From: Rhodanobacteraceae bacterium | Lineage (GTDB): Bacteria; Pseudomonadota; Gammaproteobacteria; Xanthomonadales; Rhodanobacteraceae | Length of the DNA stretch: 64,000 nucleotides | Direction: 5' to 3' | Assembly (NCBI GenBank): GCA_004299705.1 | Contig: SCQS01000061.1 | Location: forward strand, 32,420-96,419 | In this document: positions 1-10,643 of the stretch, piece by piece | How the letters are laid out: each line of letters opens with the position of its first letter | Numbering within the stretch: position 1 is the stretch's first letter | Made by a program: the position numbers and the translations under genes | The notes under the pieces: generated by a model | What the model saw: the letters and a program-made list of their open reading frames with translations, nothing else | Database searches by the model: none | What the model was told of the DNA's origin: nothing

Positions 1-6
1 CGCGTT

Positions 7-1236
7 TCAATGCGTGCCGGATTCGGCGGGCGGTTCGAGGATGAGCGGCGCGCCCTTGAAGTCTTCGTGGGCGACGCTTTCCGGCACCACCCCTTTCGGG
101 GAGTGGCTGAGTGCCCAGATGATCTGGGCCTCGCGCTCGCGGTACGGCCTGCCGTCCTTGTGCAGAAGGTCGTGGAACCACACGATCGGTTGCTGGAGGG
201 TGTAGGGCCGCTGCCATGAATTCCACGGCAGGTTGGTTTGCGTCTTGCCGTTTACGAACCCCCAATTGATCATGCCCACGTCGAGCCGCTTGCCCACGGG
301 CATCACGTCGTCAATGGTCGAGCCGGCGCTGCGTGCCATGTATTCGGTGCAGATGATGGGGCGGCCGTAGACCCGAAGCTGCGCGACACGGCGTTCGAAG
401 TCTTCGGGCCAGCCGTAGTTGTGGAAACTGATGATGTCGGACTCATCGAGTTGGATGCGCTCGATCGCATTGAGGTCTTTCGAATTGCTCCAGTCGCCGC
501 CGTGCCACAGGCCGCTGGTCAATGGTTGGATCGGGTGCACACTACGCGCCCAGGCGAAGACCTTGGGCAGCAGATATTCGACACGGGCGAACTTGTCCTT
601 GGGTTCCTCCGCGGCGTAGTCGCCGCCACCCGGATTGTCGGGTTCGTTCCAGACGTCCCAAGCGAGGATGCGATCATCCTTGGCGAAGGCCCCGACAACC
701 CCTTTCACGTACGCTTCGAGCCGCGGGTATTGAGCCGTATCATCCATCGCCACGCCCGGCGACTGCACCCAACCCGAGTTGTGCACGCCCGGGATCGGCG
801 GGTGCTGCGGACCCAGTTTGGGCTCGGGATCCCAGCACGAATCGAACAGGACAAAAATTGGCTTGATGTGGTGCCTGGCCGCAATATCGAGAAATATTCC
901 GATGCGCTTTTTGAAGCCTTCCGGATCCTGCTTCCACAACAAGTCGTGCAGGAAAACGCGCATCGTGTCCATCCCGAGCGCCTGGGCCCAGCCGAGTTCG
1001 AGATCAATGCGTCTGGGATCGAACGTTGCCGCTTGCCACATCTCCAATTGGTTGATGGCGTTGGACGGAATGTAATTGCTGCCCACCAGCCACGGCTGCT
1101 TGGCATACCACGCGTTGGCCTGGGCTTTGGACCATCGGCCTGTACTTGCTGTGGACGAGGCCGCGCGCGCGGGACACGGGATGCCGGCAGTGGCCGTGAA
1201 CAGTGCGACCAGCAACACACACAGCAGTTTTTTCAT
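7..1236 (-). CDS. Secreted glycoside hydrolase, family 5-like (cellulase/xylanase-type TIM barrel)
   Basis: ORF 7..1281. Start placed at MKKLLCVLLVALF, which gives a Sec signal peptide ending ARA. Contains the GH5-type acid/base motif WDVWNEPDN and a nucleophile region ICTEYMAR. Confidence 0.8.
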   Translation of the reverse strand: MKKLLCVLLVALFTATAGIPCPARAASSTASTGRWSKAQANAWYAKQPWLVGSNYIPSNAINQLEMWQAATFDPRRIDLELGWAQALGMDTMRVFLHDLLWKQDPEGFKKRIGIFLDIAARHHIKPIFVLFDSCWDPEPKLGPQHPPIPGVHNSGWVQSPGVAMDDTAQYPRLEAYVKGVVGAFAKDDRILAWDVWNEPDNPGGGDYAAEEPKDKFARVEYLLPKVFAWARSVHPIQPLTSGLWHGGDWSNSKDLNAIERIQLDESDIISFHNYGWPEDFERRVAQLRVYGRPIICTEYMARSAGSTIDDVMPVGKRLDVGMINWGFVNGKTQTNLPWNSWQRPYTLQQPIVWFHDLLHKDGRPYREREAQIIWALSHSPKGVVPESVAHEDFKGAPLILEPPAESGTH

Positions 1237-1329
1237 GGAACCTCCAGTCAGGAATCGCCGATCACATTCGCGTGACCACACCAGGTGACGGTGATCGGAA
1301 CGCGCAGCGACCCATGCGCAACGTGGTTT

Positions 1330-2478
1330 TCAGCCGCCTTTGCCCTTTTCCACCGAGAACACGTAGGTGATGTCGTTGTGGTAGGTCTGTCCGGGCAACA
1401 GCACAGCCGAGCCGAAATTCGGATGATTCGGCGTATCGGGAAACAACTGTGGCTCCAGCACGAATGCGTCGCCCTGGCGGTAGATGTGTCCCGAAGGGCC
1501 GACGCTTGTGCCGTCCAGATAATTGCCGGAATAGAACTGCAGGCCGGGTTGCCTCGAATACAACTCCAGCACGCGGCCGCTGTGAGGATCGACCACTTTG
1601 GCCATCAGGCGTGGCGCCGGGGCCTTGTGCCGGCTGATCACCCAGTTCATGTCATAGCCGTGGCCGTAGATCAGCTGGATGTCTTTGCCGTCACGGATGT
1701 CCTGCCCAATTGGCTTGGGTTTGCGGAAATCGAAGTCGGTGCCTGCCACGGGCATGAACTTGCCGGTGGGGATCTGGGTGGCGTCCGTCGGCGTGATTTC
1801 ATTCGCAGGGATCGTCAGGATGTCGTCCAGCACGCTGCCCGAGCCTTCGCCGCTCAAGTTCCAGTACGTGTGGTTGGTGATGTTCACGATCGTGGGCGCG
1901 TCGGTGATCGCCGTGTAGTCGATCTCGAGCTTGTGCCCGGCCTTGAGCGTGTATGTCGCGGTGGCCGTCAGCTTGCCGGGAAAGCCTTGATCCCCGCTGG
2001 GGCTGATGTATTGCATGGTCACGCTGGGATCGGGCGACTTGACGATCTTGAGGATCTTCCAGTCAACCATGTTGAAGCCACGTTTGCCGCCGTGCAGCGT
2101 GTTCCCGTTATTGTTGATGGGGAGTTGGTACTGCTTGCCGTCCAGCGTGAATCGGCCCTTCGCGATCCGGTTCGCATAGCGCCCCACCGATGCGCCGAAG
2201 TACTGGGGATCGGTCAGGTAATCGTGAAGGTTGTTATAAGCCAGTACCACGTCCGTGAATTTGCCGTTGCGATCCGGCAGTGTGAGCCACTGCAACGCAG
2301 CGCCCAGGCTGATCACGCGTGCGGTGAAACCATGCCCGTCGTCGAGGGTGACCACGTAGACCTTGCGTCCGTCGGGCATCGTGCCGAACACGGCGCGGCT
2401 GGCGGTTGCCGCGCTGGCCATGGGGGTTGCGATAAGCAGTGACATCGCGAGCGCGTACCATCCCGAGTGTTTGATCAT
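1330..2478 (-). CDS. galM: Aldose 1-epimerase (galactose mutarotase), exported
   Basis: ORF 1330..2517. Start placed at MIKHSGWYALAMSLLIATPMASA (signal peptide). Carries mutarotase family motifs: GASVGRYANRIAKGRFTLDGKQYQL, NNNGNTLHGG and NITNHTYWNL. Confidence 0.85.
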   Translation of the reverse strand: MIKHSGWYALAMSLLIATPMASAATASRAVFGTMPDGRKVYVVTLDDGHGFTARVISLGAALQWLTLPDRNGKFTDVVLAYNNLHDYLTDPQYFGASVGRYANRIAKGRFTLDGKQYQLPINNNGNTLHGGKRGFNMVDWKILKIVKSPDPSVTMQYISPSGDQGFPGKLTATATYTLKAGHKLEIDYTAITDAPTIVNITNHTYWNLSGEGSGSVLDDILTIPANEITPTDATQIPTGKFMPVAGTDFDFRKPKPIGQDIRDGKDIQLIYGHGYDMNWVISRHKAPAPRLMAKVVDPHSGRVLELYSRQPGLQFYSGNYLDGTSVGPSGHIYRQGDAFVLEPQLFPDTPNHPNFGSAVLLPGQTYHNDITYVFSVEKGKGG

Positions 2479-2902
2479 GGCCTGCTCCCGACTGGATCGA
2501 GAGTCTATTCTTACCATATGATAAGACTATTGGCAAATCATTCGGGGCACCCCCAGGGCATCCGGATGTCGAGGAGCAGAAGTCGATTGCGCGCCTGTTG
2601 GTCCGCAAGATCAGGGCAACTGACCCGGGCGCGTGAAGGAAAACGCGCCACCTCGACCGCCCACGCGATCTCGCAGTCACGCCGTCGGCACGGCAGCACG
2701 ACCCCTCGCCCTGACCGGCGCTTGCGGGGCAGGTATGCCTTCCGGCCCATGTTGGCGGTGACTGGCCGGGCGTATCATCGGCCGGCTGCATCTCTGCAGT
2801 GTGTACGAATCATCGAGTCGGGATTTCCGGCGGTCTGATCGGACGCCGGATTGAACGCCGGGGTTCGTTGCCCAACTGGATCTGACCGAGGGGTACTTGG
2901 TG

Positions 2903-5900
2903 ATGACTCGTGCGCGTCGTTATTGGGTTGCGTGGCTGGTGCTGGGTTTGTTGTGGATGGTGCCCGCGGCGTATGCCGCATCGGTGCCGGCTGCGAAACT
3001 GACCAGCGCCCTGCACTGGCGCAGCATCGGCCCGTACATGGGCGGGCGCGTGACCTCGGTCGCGGGCGTGGCGGGCGAACCCAACCGGTTCTACGCGGGT
3101 TATGCCGGCGGCGGGGTCTGGGAAACCACCGATTACGGCGGGCACTGGAAAAACCTCAGCGACAAGTACTTCTCGCCCGCGACCAGCGGCACGGTCGGCG
3201 CGATGGCGGTGGCGCCGTCCAACCCGAAGATCATCTATGTGGGCACCGGCGATTCCGCACCGCGCAACACCGTGCTGACCGGGCACGGCGTGTACAAGAG
3301 CACGGACGGCGGCAAGACCTGGAAATTCATCGGGCTCGGCGATACCCACATCATCACCTGGATTCTGGTGGATCCGAAGAATCCCAACGTCGTGTACGTC
3401 GGCGCGCTGGGGCATCTGTTCGCGCCCAACGCGGATCGCGGCGTATTCAAGAGCACCGACGGCGGCAAGACCTGGAAGAAGATCCTGTTCGTCGATGACG
3501 GCACCGGCGTCGCCACGATGGCGATGGACCCGAAGAACCCGAACGTGCTGTATGCATCGATGTGGCAGATGAGCCGCGAGCCGTGGAGCTTTTCCAGCGG
3601 CGGTCCGTCCAGCGGCATCTACAAGAGCACGGATGGCGGCGCGCACTGGCAGAACATCAGCCACAACCCCGGTCTGCCGAGCGGCGTCCTCGGCAAGGTC
3701 GGGCTGGCGGTGGCGCCGTCCGACCCGAACGTGGTGTACGCGCTGGTGCAGGCGCACGTGACCGACAGCGCGCCGGGCGGCCTGTATCGCTCGAACGACG
3801 CCGGCAAGACCTGGAAGCTGGTGAACACCAGCATGGCGATCACCCAGCGCGCGTTCTATTACATGCGCGTGTACGTGGATCCGAAAGACGCCAACACGAT
3901 CTGGTTGCCGAATGTCGATCTCTTGGTGTCGCACGACGGCGGCAAGACCCTCAAGAAAGTGTCGACGCCGCACGGCGACAACCACGCGTTGTGGGTCAAC
4001 CCGAACAACCCGCAGATCATGATCGAGGGCAACGACGGCGGCGCCACGGTCACTTTGAATGGCGGCAAGAGCTGGAGTTCGGAAATGAACCAGCCGACCG
4101 GGCAGTTCTACCACGCCAACCTCGACAACCAGTTCCCGTTCCACATCTACGGCGCGCAGCAGGATCGAGGTTCGGTCGAGGGGCCGAGTGCAGCGCGCGG
4201 CTCGACGATTCCACCGGTGTGGAAGAACGTGATCGGCGGCGAACTTGGCTGGGTGGTGCCGACGCCGGGGCAACCGTGGGTGAGCTACGGCAGCGGCTAC
4301 TACGGCCTGAACTACAAGGAGAACCGCCGCATCGCGGTGCTCACCAACGTCACGCCGTATCCCGGCTACCAGTTCGGCCACAAGGGCGCGAGCATCAAAT
4401 ATCGGTTCGGCTGGACCTTCCACCCGATCGCGTTCGCGCCCAGCAATCCGAAGATGCTGCTGGTCGGCGCGAACGTGGTGTTCAAGACCCTGGACGAGGG
4501 CATCCACTGGACGGTGATCAGTCCCGACCTGACCCGCAACGACAAGAGCAAGCAGCAACGTCCCGGCGGCCCGATCAGCGCCGACGTCACCGGCGAGGAG
4601 ATGTACGACACCATTTCGTCGATCGCGATCTCGCCGTTCTCCGACGACACCATCTGGGTCGGCACCGACGACGGACTGGTGCAGTTGACCACCGATGGCG
4701 GCAAGACCTGGAACCAGGTGCGCCCGCCCGACATGCCGACCTGGGCCATCGTGTCCAGCATCGACGCGTCGCCGACGGCTCGCGGTACCGCCTACGTCAC
4801 GGCCAGCCGCTACATGTGGGACGACTTCCATCCCTACGTGTACAAGACCACCGACTTCGGCAAGCACTGGACGACGATCACCAACGGCTTGCCGACCGAC
4901 GAATATGCGATGAGCATCCGCCAGGATCCGGTGAACCCGAAGTTGCTGTTCCTCGGCACCAGCGCCAGCGTCTACATGAGCCTGGATGGTGGCGCGCACT
5001 GGCAGTCGCTGGCGCTGAACCTGCCGGCAGTGGTGGTGAGCGACATCCAGATCCAGCCCGAGCAGCACGCCGTGGTGCTGTCCACCTTCGGCCGTGCGTT
5101 CTGGGTGCTGGACAACCTGCAGTTCCTGGAACAGCTCGGCAGCGCGGACGTGAGGAAGGACTCGCCGTATTTGTTCAAACCGCAGCAGGCGTGGCTGGTG
5201 AAGCGCAGCACGCAGGGTTCGGACAAGCGCATCGGCGGCACGAACCTGCCCGCGGGCGCGACCGTGTTCTTCCATCTGCCTGCGGACTACAACGGCAAGA
5301 CCGAGGTGAAGCTCGACATCGAGGATGCGTCCGGCAAACTGGTCAACAGTTACACCTTGCCGGTCAAGCCCGAACCCAAGCAGGACAAGATAAAAGACGA
5401 GTTCGCTGCACCCAAGAAGCCACCGGCGAAACTGCACCCCGGCATGAACAGCTTCCACTGGAACCTGCGCTATCCGGATGCGGTGGACGTGAAGGGCGTT
5501 TTCCACACCTTCGTTTCGGCGCAGAAGCCGGTCGGCCCCGAAGTGATGCCAGGAAAATACTTCGCGGTATTGCACTACGGGCGCACCACGCAGAAGCAAC
5601 CGTTCGAAGTCAAGCTCGATCCACGCATGGACACCACGCAGGCGGGCTTGCAGCAACGCTTCGACCTGTTGATGCGGATCCACGACGCGATCAACAGCCT
5701 GGACCGGCAGATCAACCAGGCCATCGACACACGCAGCGCCTTGCAGAAGGCGCTGGCGAAGAAGCGCGTGGATGCGAACGCAGCCAACCAGGCCGTCGCG
5801 ACCCTGGATCGCGACATCGATGGCGTGGTGAACCTCAAGATCCAATCGGACGAAGGCGGCCTGGTGTATGCGCCGCAGTTGCGCGCGTGGCTGTCGGCGA

Positions 5901-6043
5901 TCTCGGACCAGGTGAGTTTCGCGTTCGTGCGGCCGACACCGTCGATGGTGGAAGTGGCCAACGACTACATCGCGGAGTCGGGCAAGGCGGTGCAGCGCTT
6001 GCAGTCCGACACGGCCGCGGCCAAGGCGGTGCTGAAGCATTGA
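2903..6043 (+). CDS. Secreted BNR/Asp-box repeat protein (sortilin/VPS10- or GH74-like beta-propeller)
   Basis: ORF 2897..6043; first ATG is at 2903 and is followed by a signal peptide. At least 9 Asp-box repeats of type S-x-D-x-G-x-T-W, e.g. KSTDGGKTWK (x2), KSTDGGAHWQ, RSNDAGKTWK, TTDGGKTWNQ, SLDGGAHWQS. Confidence 0.8.
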   Translation: MTRARRYWVAWLVLGLLWMVPAAYAASVPAAKLTSALHWRSIGPYMGGRVTSVAGVAGEPNRFYAGYAGGGVWETTDYGGHWKNLSDKYFSPATSGTVGAMAVAPSNPKIIYVGTGDSAPRNTVLTGHGVYKSTDGGKTWKFIGLGDTHIITWILVDPKNPNVVYVGALGHLFAPNADRGVFKSTDGGKTWKKILFVDDGTGVATMAMDPKNPNVLYASMWQMSREPWSFSSGGPSSGIYKSTDGGAHWQNISHNPGLPSGVLGKVGLAVAPSDPNVVYALVQAHVTDSAPGGLYRSNDAGKTWKLVNTSMAITQRAFYYMRVYVDPKDANTIWLPNVDLLVSHDGGKTLKKVSTPHGDNHALWVNPNNPQIMIEGNDGGATVTLNGGKSWSSEMNQPTGQFYHANLDNQFPFHIYGAQQDRGSVEGPSAARGSTIPPVWKNVIGGELGWVVPTPGQPWVSYGSGYYGLNYKENRRIAVLTNVTPYPGYQFGHKGASIKYRFGWTFHPIAFAPSNPKMLLVGANVVFKTLDEGIHWTVISPDLTRNDKSKQQRPGGPISADVTGEEMYDTISSIAISPFSDDTIWVGTDDGLVQLTTDGGKTWNQVRPPDMPTWAIVSSIDASPTARGTAYVTASRYMWDDFHPYVYKTTDFGKHWTTITNGLPTDEYAMSIRQDPVNPKLLFLGTSASVYMSLDGGAHWQSLALNLPAVVVSDIQIQPEQHAVVLSTFGRAFWVLDNLQFLEQLGSADVRKDSPYLFKPQQAWLVKRSTQGSDKRIGGTNLPAGATVFFHLPADYNGKTEVKLDIEDASGKLVNSYTLPVKPEPKQDKIKDEFAAPKKPPAKLHPGMNSFHWNLRYPDAVDVKGVFHTFVSAQKPVGPEVMPGKYFAVLHYGRTTQKQPFEVKLDPRMDTTQAGLQQRFDLLMRIHDAINSLDRQINQAIDTRSALQKALAKKRVDANAANQAVATLDRDIDGVVNLKIQSDEGGLVYAPQLRAWLSAISDQVSFAFVRPTPSMVEVANDYIAESGKAVQRLQSDTAAAKAVLKH

Positions 6044-6051
6044 TGCTTGCT

Positions 6052-6098
6052 GGCGCGGCTTGCGTCCCGATCGCGGGATGCAGGCCGCGCCTTGTTTT
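6052..6098 (+). terminator. Rho-independent terminator candidate after the BNR-repeat gene
   Basis: GC stem GGCGCGGC (6052-6059) pairs with GCCGCGCC (6084-6091), with an inner hairpin tcccgatcgcggga. It is followed by TTGTTTT, 9 nt after the stop codon. Confidence 0.55.
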
Positions 6099-6174
6099 GA
6101 TGCGCCCGCCGCGCTTGTGCGGCCGCCAGCCCGCGCGCTAACGTAGCGATTCCAACGATTGCCGGGGAGCGACA

Positions 6175-8226
6175 ATGAACTTTCGCCTTGCCGCCTGCGC
6201 GCTGGCGCTGGCCGCTGCATCGGGAGCCGCGATGGCCGCTCAACATCCTTTCAATGCGCACGATCTCGCGATCATGGATCGGGTGTCCGACCCGCACCTG
6301 TCGCCGAACGGCAACGAGGTGGCCTTTATCGTGCGTTCGACCGACTGGGACGCCAACAAGGGCGTGACCAGCGTGTGGCTGCTCGACCTGTCTCACAAGG
6401 GCGCCGAACCACGTCGCGTCACCGATCTGAAGCTCAACGCCGGCAGCCCGGCGTTCTCGCCCGATGGCAAGACGCTTTATTTCCTTGCGACCGAAAAGGA
6501 TTCCACGCAACTGTGGTCGGCGCCGGTCGCGGGCGGCGCGCCTGCGCAGGTGACGCATCTGCCGCTCGATGTCGACAACTTCAAATTGTCGCCGGATGGC
6601 AAGTCGCTGCTGTTTTCTTCTCAGATGTTCGAGGATTGCGCGACGCTGGAGTGCACGCGCGAGAAGCTCGACGCGCAGAAGAAGGTCAAGGCCACCGGGC
6701 GCCTGTATCACCGCCTGTTCGTGCGGCACTGGGACGAATGGTCCGACCATCGCCGCGGCCAGTTGTTCGTGATGCCGCTGGATGGTTCGGCCAAACCGAT
6801 CCTGCTGACCCGCGGCATCGACGGCGACGTGCCATCCAAGCCCGATGGCAGCAATGCCGAGTACGCATGGTCGCCGGATGGCAAGATGGTGTACTTCGAT
6901 GTGCGCATCGCCGGCAAGACCGAACCCTGGTCCACCAACTTCGACGTGTATTCCGTGCCCGCCGATGCTTCGTCCGCGCCGAAGAACCTGACCGCAGAGA
7001 ACAAGGCGTGGGATGCGTTCCCGTTGCCGTCACGCGACGGCAAGACGCTGTATTACCTGGCGATGAAGGTGCCGGGATTCGAGGCCGACCGCTTCGGCAT
7101 CATGGCGCTGGATCTGGCGAGCGGCGCCCGCCGTGAAATCGATCCGCACTGGGATCGTTCGGCCGGGCCGCTGGAACTGTCGGCCGATGGCAAGACGCTG
7201 TACACGGCCGTGGCCGATGAGGGCAACGTCGCGTTGTACGCGATCGATGTCGCCACCGGCAAACCGACGAAGCTGCTGTCCGATGGCAGTGTGATGGGCT
7301 TCGATGTCGTGGGTGACAAAGTCGTTGCCGCACGCCAGGACTTCACGCACCCGACCGATCTGTACACGTTGACGGCGCAGGGCAAGGATCTCGCGCAAGT
7401 CACGCACTTCAACCAAGCACGCCTTGCCGACATCGAGTTTTCCAAGGCGCACTGGTTCACCTTCAAGGGCTGGAACGGCGACACCGTGCACGGCTACGTG
7501 ATGCCGCCGGTGGACGCCAAGCCGGGGCAAAAATATCCCGTCGCGTTCCTGATCCACGGCGGCCCGCAGGGCGCGTGGCCCGACGAGTTCCACTACCGCT
7601 GGAACCCGCAGACCTACGCCGGTGCGGGTTTCGCGGTGGTCGCGATCAATTTCCACGGCTCGGTGGGCTACGGGCAGGCCTTCACCGATGCGATCAGCCA
7701 GCATTGGGGCGATCGCCCGCTGGAAGATTTGCAGAAGGGCTGGGCTGCCGCACTCAAGCAATTCCCGTATCTCGACGCCAACAACGCCTGCGCGCTGGGC
7801 GCGAGCTATGGCGGCTACATGGTGTACTGGATGGCCGGCGTGTGGAACAAACCCTGGAAATGCTTCGTCGATCACGACGGCGTGTTCGACGCACGCATGA
7901 TGTATTACGCGACCGACGAGTTGTGGTTCGAGGAACACGAAAACGGCGGCACGCAGTTCGAGCACCCGGAGCACTACGAAAAATTCAACCCCATCGACCA
8001 CGTCAAGGACTGGCGCGTGCCGATGCTGGTCGTCCACGACAGCCGCGATTACCGCATTCCGGTTTCACAAGGACTGGGCGCGTTCACCGCGCTGCAGCGG
8101 CGCGGCATCCCCAGCGAGTTCCTCAACTTCCCCGACGAGGACCACTTGGTGCTGAAGCCGCAGAACAGCGTGATGTGGCACGAGACGGTGATCGATTGGC
8201 TGAAGCGCTGGACACAACAGGATTAA
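6175..8226 (+). CDS. S9 family serine peptidase (prolyl oligopeptidase / acylaminoacyl-peptidase type), exported
   Basis: Signal peptide MNFRLAACALALAAASGAAMA, then an N-terminal beta-propeller region with repeated SPDGK motifs. C-terminal alpha/beta hydrolase with HGGPQGAW and the nucleophile elbow GASYGGYM. Confidence 0.9.
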   Translation: MNFRLAACALALAAASGAAMAAQHPFNAHDLAIMDRVSDPHLSPNGNEVAFIVRSTDWDANKGVTSVWLLDLSHKGAEPRRVTDLKLNAGSPAFSPDGKTLYFLATEKDSTQLWSAPVAGGAPAQVTHLPLDVDNFKLSPDGKSLLFSSQMFEDCATLECTREKLDAQKKVKATGRLYHRLFVRHWDEWSDHRRGQLFVMPLDGSAKPILLTRGIDGDVPSKPDGSNAEYAWSPDGKMVYFDVRIAGKTEPWSTNFDVYSVPADASSAPKNLTAENKAWDAFPLPSRDGKTLYYLAMKVPGFEADRFGIMALDLASGARREIDPHWDRSAGPLELSADGKTLYTAVADEGNVALYAIDVATGKPTKLLSDGSVMGFDVVGDKVVAARQDFTHPTDLYTLTAQGKDLAQVTHFNQARLADIEFSKAHWFTFKGWNGDTVHGYVMPPVDAKPGQKYPVAFLIHGGPQGAWPDEFHYRWNPQTYAGAGFAVVAINFHGSVGYGQAFTDAISQHWGDRPLEDLQKGWAAALKQFPYLDANNACALGASYGGYMVYWMAGVWNKPWKCFVDHDGVFDARMMYYATDELWFEEHENGGTQFEHPEHYEKFNPIDHVKDWRVPMLVVHDSRDYRIPVSQGLGAFTALQRRGIPSEFLNFPDEDHLVLKPQNSVMWHETVIDWLKRWTQQD

Positions 8227-8232
8227 AAGAAA

Positions 8233-8393
8233 TCGTAGGGCGGGAGAAGCCGCGTAGCGGCGACAAATTCGTCTGGAACGAATTTGGACGGCCGTAGGCC
8301 GGCTCCGAGCGTAAGCGAGGGGTGAGCATCAGGGACGATGCGAACAATCCCGCCGGAAGAGGGCAGGCGGGATTACTCCCGCCCTACGCACTG
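8233..8393. repeat. REP/MITE-like palindromic element, long copy (two halves split by an 84-nt insert)
   Basis: The left half tcgtagggcgggagaagccgcgtagcggcg (8233-8262) and right half atcccgccggaagagggcaggcgggattactcccgccctacgcactg (8347-8393) match the compact copy at 8591-8668. The termini gtagggcgggag / ctcccgccctac are inverted. Confidence 0.8.
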
Positions 8394-8590
8394 GCGTGGC
8401 TCAAGAGGTGGACGGGGCCGGATGCTTCCACAACGCAGCAATCAACTCATCCGGCGAAGGCGAAAGACGCCAAGTAATTGCGCGATTCATTTTTCAGCAT
8501 GTTGATTGGCCGAGCCGCTGCGTGGCTCGGCCTGATGATTGGCGCAGGGTTTCCTTTGCGAGTTCGGGGGAAGGCAGCTCGCATGAGTAT

Positions 8591-8668
8591 TCGTAGGGCG
8601 GGAGAAGCCGCGTAGCGGCGTATCCCGCCGGAAGAGGGCAGGCGGGATTACTCCCGCCCTACGCACTG
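8591..8668. repeat. REP/MITE-like palindromic element, compact copy
   Basis: Same two halves as 8233-8393, joined by a single nucleotide. The right end overlaps the dxs stop codon (TAG at 8659-8661) and the last codons. Confidence 0.8.
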
Positions 8669-10464
8669 CGACGTGTCGATGCGTACTGCGGAAACCGCGC
8701 AAGGATCGCGCGCCGGATGCCGTCGGCATCCAGCCCCGTTTCGGTGAGCAGTTGCTCGCGCGTCGCGTGTTCGAGGAACTGGTCGGGCAGGCCGAGTTGC
8801 AGCAGCGGAATTTGGATGCCATTCGTCGCGAGCCATTCGGCGACCGCGGAACCCGCACCACCGGCAATCACGTTGTCTTCCAGCGTGACCAACGCATCGT
8901 GCGTGCGGGCCAGTTCCAGAATCAACGCTTCGTCCAGCGGCTTGACGAAGCGCATGTTGACGACAGTCGCGCCGAATTCGTCGCCCACGACTTGCGCAGG
9001 GGCCAGCGTGCAGCCGAACGCCAGCAGGGCGAGCCGCGAACCATGCCGACGCACTTCGGCCTTGCCGATCGGCAGTCCGTCCAGCGCGGAATCGATCGCG
9101 ACACCAGGGCCGCCGCCGCGTGGATAACGGATCGCGGCGGGGCCGGCGTGACGAAAACCGGTCGTCAGCAACTGTCGGCATTCGTTCTCGTCCGCGGGCG
9201 CCATCACGATCATGTTGGGAATGCAGCGCAAGTACGAAAGATCGAAGCTGCCCGCGTGGGTGGGGCCATCGGGGCCGACCACGCCCGCGCGGTCGATGGC
9301 GAAGGTGACGTCGAGATTCTGCAGCGCGACGTCGTGGATCAACTGGTCGTAGGCACGCTGCAGGAAGGTCGAATAGATCGCAACGACCGGCTTTAGGCCT
9401 TCGCACGCGAGTCCCGCAGCCAGCGTGACCGCGTGCTGTTCGGCGATCGCGACATCGAAATAGCGGTCGGGGAATTCCTGCGAGAACCGCACCAGGCCGG
9501 AGCCTTCGCGCATCGCCGGTGTGATCGCGGCCAGGCGCTTATCCACGCGCGCCATGTCGCACAACCAATCGCCGAACACTTCGCTGTAGGTCGGCGCTTT
9601 CGACGCGCGCGGTGCGACGCCGCGCGCGGGGTCGAACTGGCCGACCGCGTGGTATTCGATCTGCGCGCGTTCGGCCGGTGCGTAGCCCTTGCCCTTGGTG
9701 GTGACGACGTGCAGCAGTTGCGGGCCGCGCCGATCCTTTACCGTGCGCAGTGCCGCAAGCAGTTTCGGCAGGTCATGACCGTCGACCGGACCGGAATAGG
9801 CGAAACCCAATTCCTCGAACAGCGCCTCGGGATGCGGCCCCGATTCGCCGGCCTCGCCCGCGCGCAGGCGCGCGAGGGTGCGGTCGAGCCCGCCCACGTT
9901 TTCGCTGATCGACATGCCGTTGTCGTTCAACACCACCAGCAAGTCGGGCGCGACGCCGCCGGCGTGGTTCAAGGCTTCGTAGGCCATGCCGCCGGTGATT
10001 GCGCCGTCGCCGATCACCGCGACCACCTTGCGATCGTCACCGCGGCGCTGCAGCGCGATCGCCATGCCCAGCGCGGCGGAAATGGACGTTGATGCGTGGC
10101 CGACGCCGAAAGTGTCGTATTCGCTTTCTTCCCGCTTCAGGAAAGGCGCGAGTCCGCCTTTCTTCTTGATGGTGGTGATGGCGTCGCGACGGCCGGTGAG
10201 GATCTTGTGCGGATAGCCCTGGTGCCCGACGTCCCACACGATGCGGTCGCGTGGTGCTTCGTAGAGGTAATGCAGGGCGATCGAAAGTTCGACCACCCCG
10301 AGGCCCGCACCGAAGTGGCCGCCCACGCTGGCGACCGATTCGATCAGGTAGGCGCGCAGCTCCTCCGCGAGCTTCGGCAAGTCCGCTTCGGGAATGTGCT
10401 TCAGGTCGGCCGGTGAATCGATGCGGGCCAGCAGGGGGTAGCGAACGTAGTCGATCATCTGCAC
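8659..10464 (-). CDS. dxs: 1-deoxy-D-xylulose-5-phosphate synthase
   Basis: Aligns along its full length to the Dxs family: [52 protein letters not shown], the ThDP motif [18 protein letters not shown] and [12 protein letters not shown]. Confidence 0.95.
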   Translation of the reverse strand: MQMIDYVRYPLLARIDSPADLKHIPEADLPKLAEELRAYLIESVASVGGHFGAGLGVVELSIALHYLYEAPRDRIVWDVGHQGYPHKILTGRRDAITTIKKKGGLAPFLKREESEYDTFGVGHASTSISAALGMAIALQRRGDDRKVVAVIGDGAITGGMAYEALNHAGGVAPDLLVVLNDNGMSISENVGGLDRTLARLRAGEAGESGPHPEALFEELGFAYSGPVDGHDLPKLLAALRTVKDRRGPQLLHVVTTKGKGYAPAERAQIEYHAVGQFDPARGVAPRASKAPTYSEVFGDWLCDMARVDKRLAAITPAMREGSGLVRFSQEFPDRYFDVAIAEQHAVTLAAGLACEGLKPVVAIYSTFLQRAYDQLIHDVALQNLDVTFAIDRAGVVGPDGPTHAGSFDLSYLRCIPNMIVMAPADENECRQLLTTGFRHAGPAAIRYPRGGGPGVAIDSALDGLPIGKAEVRRHGSRLALLAFGCTLAPAQVVGDEFGATVVNMRFVKPLDEALILELARTHDALVTLEDNVIAGGAGSAVAEWLATNGIQIPLLQLGLPDQFLEHATREQLLTETGLDADGIRRAILARFPQYASTRRSA

Positions 10465-10524
10465 ATTGTCGCGCAGTGGGGGTCAGGTTGCTTGCGAAGA
10501 CGGGGGTCATCCTGCGCTTCGCGC

Positions 10525-10620
10525 ACATCCCCCCGATGCTTCGCATCGACCCCCTTCCTGCGGAAGGGGGTACACGGCACTCCCCCTTCGGAACGAAGGG
10601 GGATCAAGGGGGATGGCTTC
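10525..10620. repeat. REP family B: CCCCCTTC-loop-GAAGGGGG hairpins
   Basis: Two hairpins, cccccttcctgcggaaggggg (10550-10570) and cccccttcggaacgaaggggg (10582-10602). They are flanked by catcccccc and agggggatggc. The family recurs at 13.5, 23.7 and 35.9 kb. Confidence 0.8.
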
Positions 10621-10643
10621 TTCGCTCGCGCAGGAAGCGTGGC

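Noticed and set aside
2810-6220. 1136-aa ORF on the minus strand
   Set aside because: It is antisense to the well-supported BNR-repeat gene. The translation is Arg/His/Gly/Val-rich low-complexity sequence, typical of high-GC antisense frames, and it has no motifs.
8396-8596. 66-aa ORF between the two REP/MITE copies
   Set aside because: It has no SD and no motif, it lies between repeat copies, and it runs into the second repeat.
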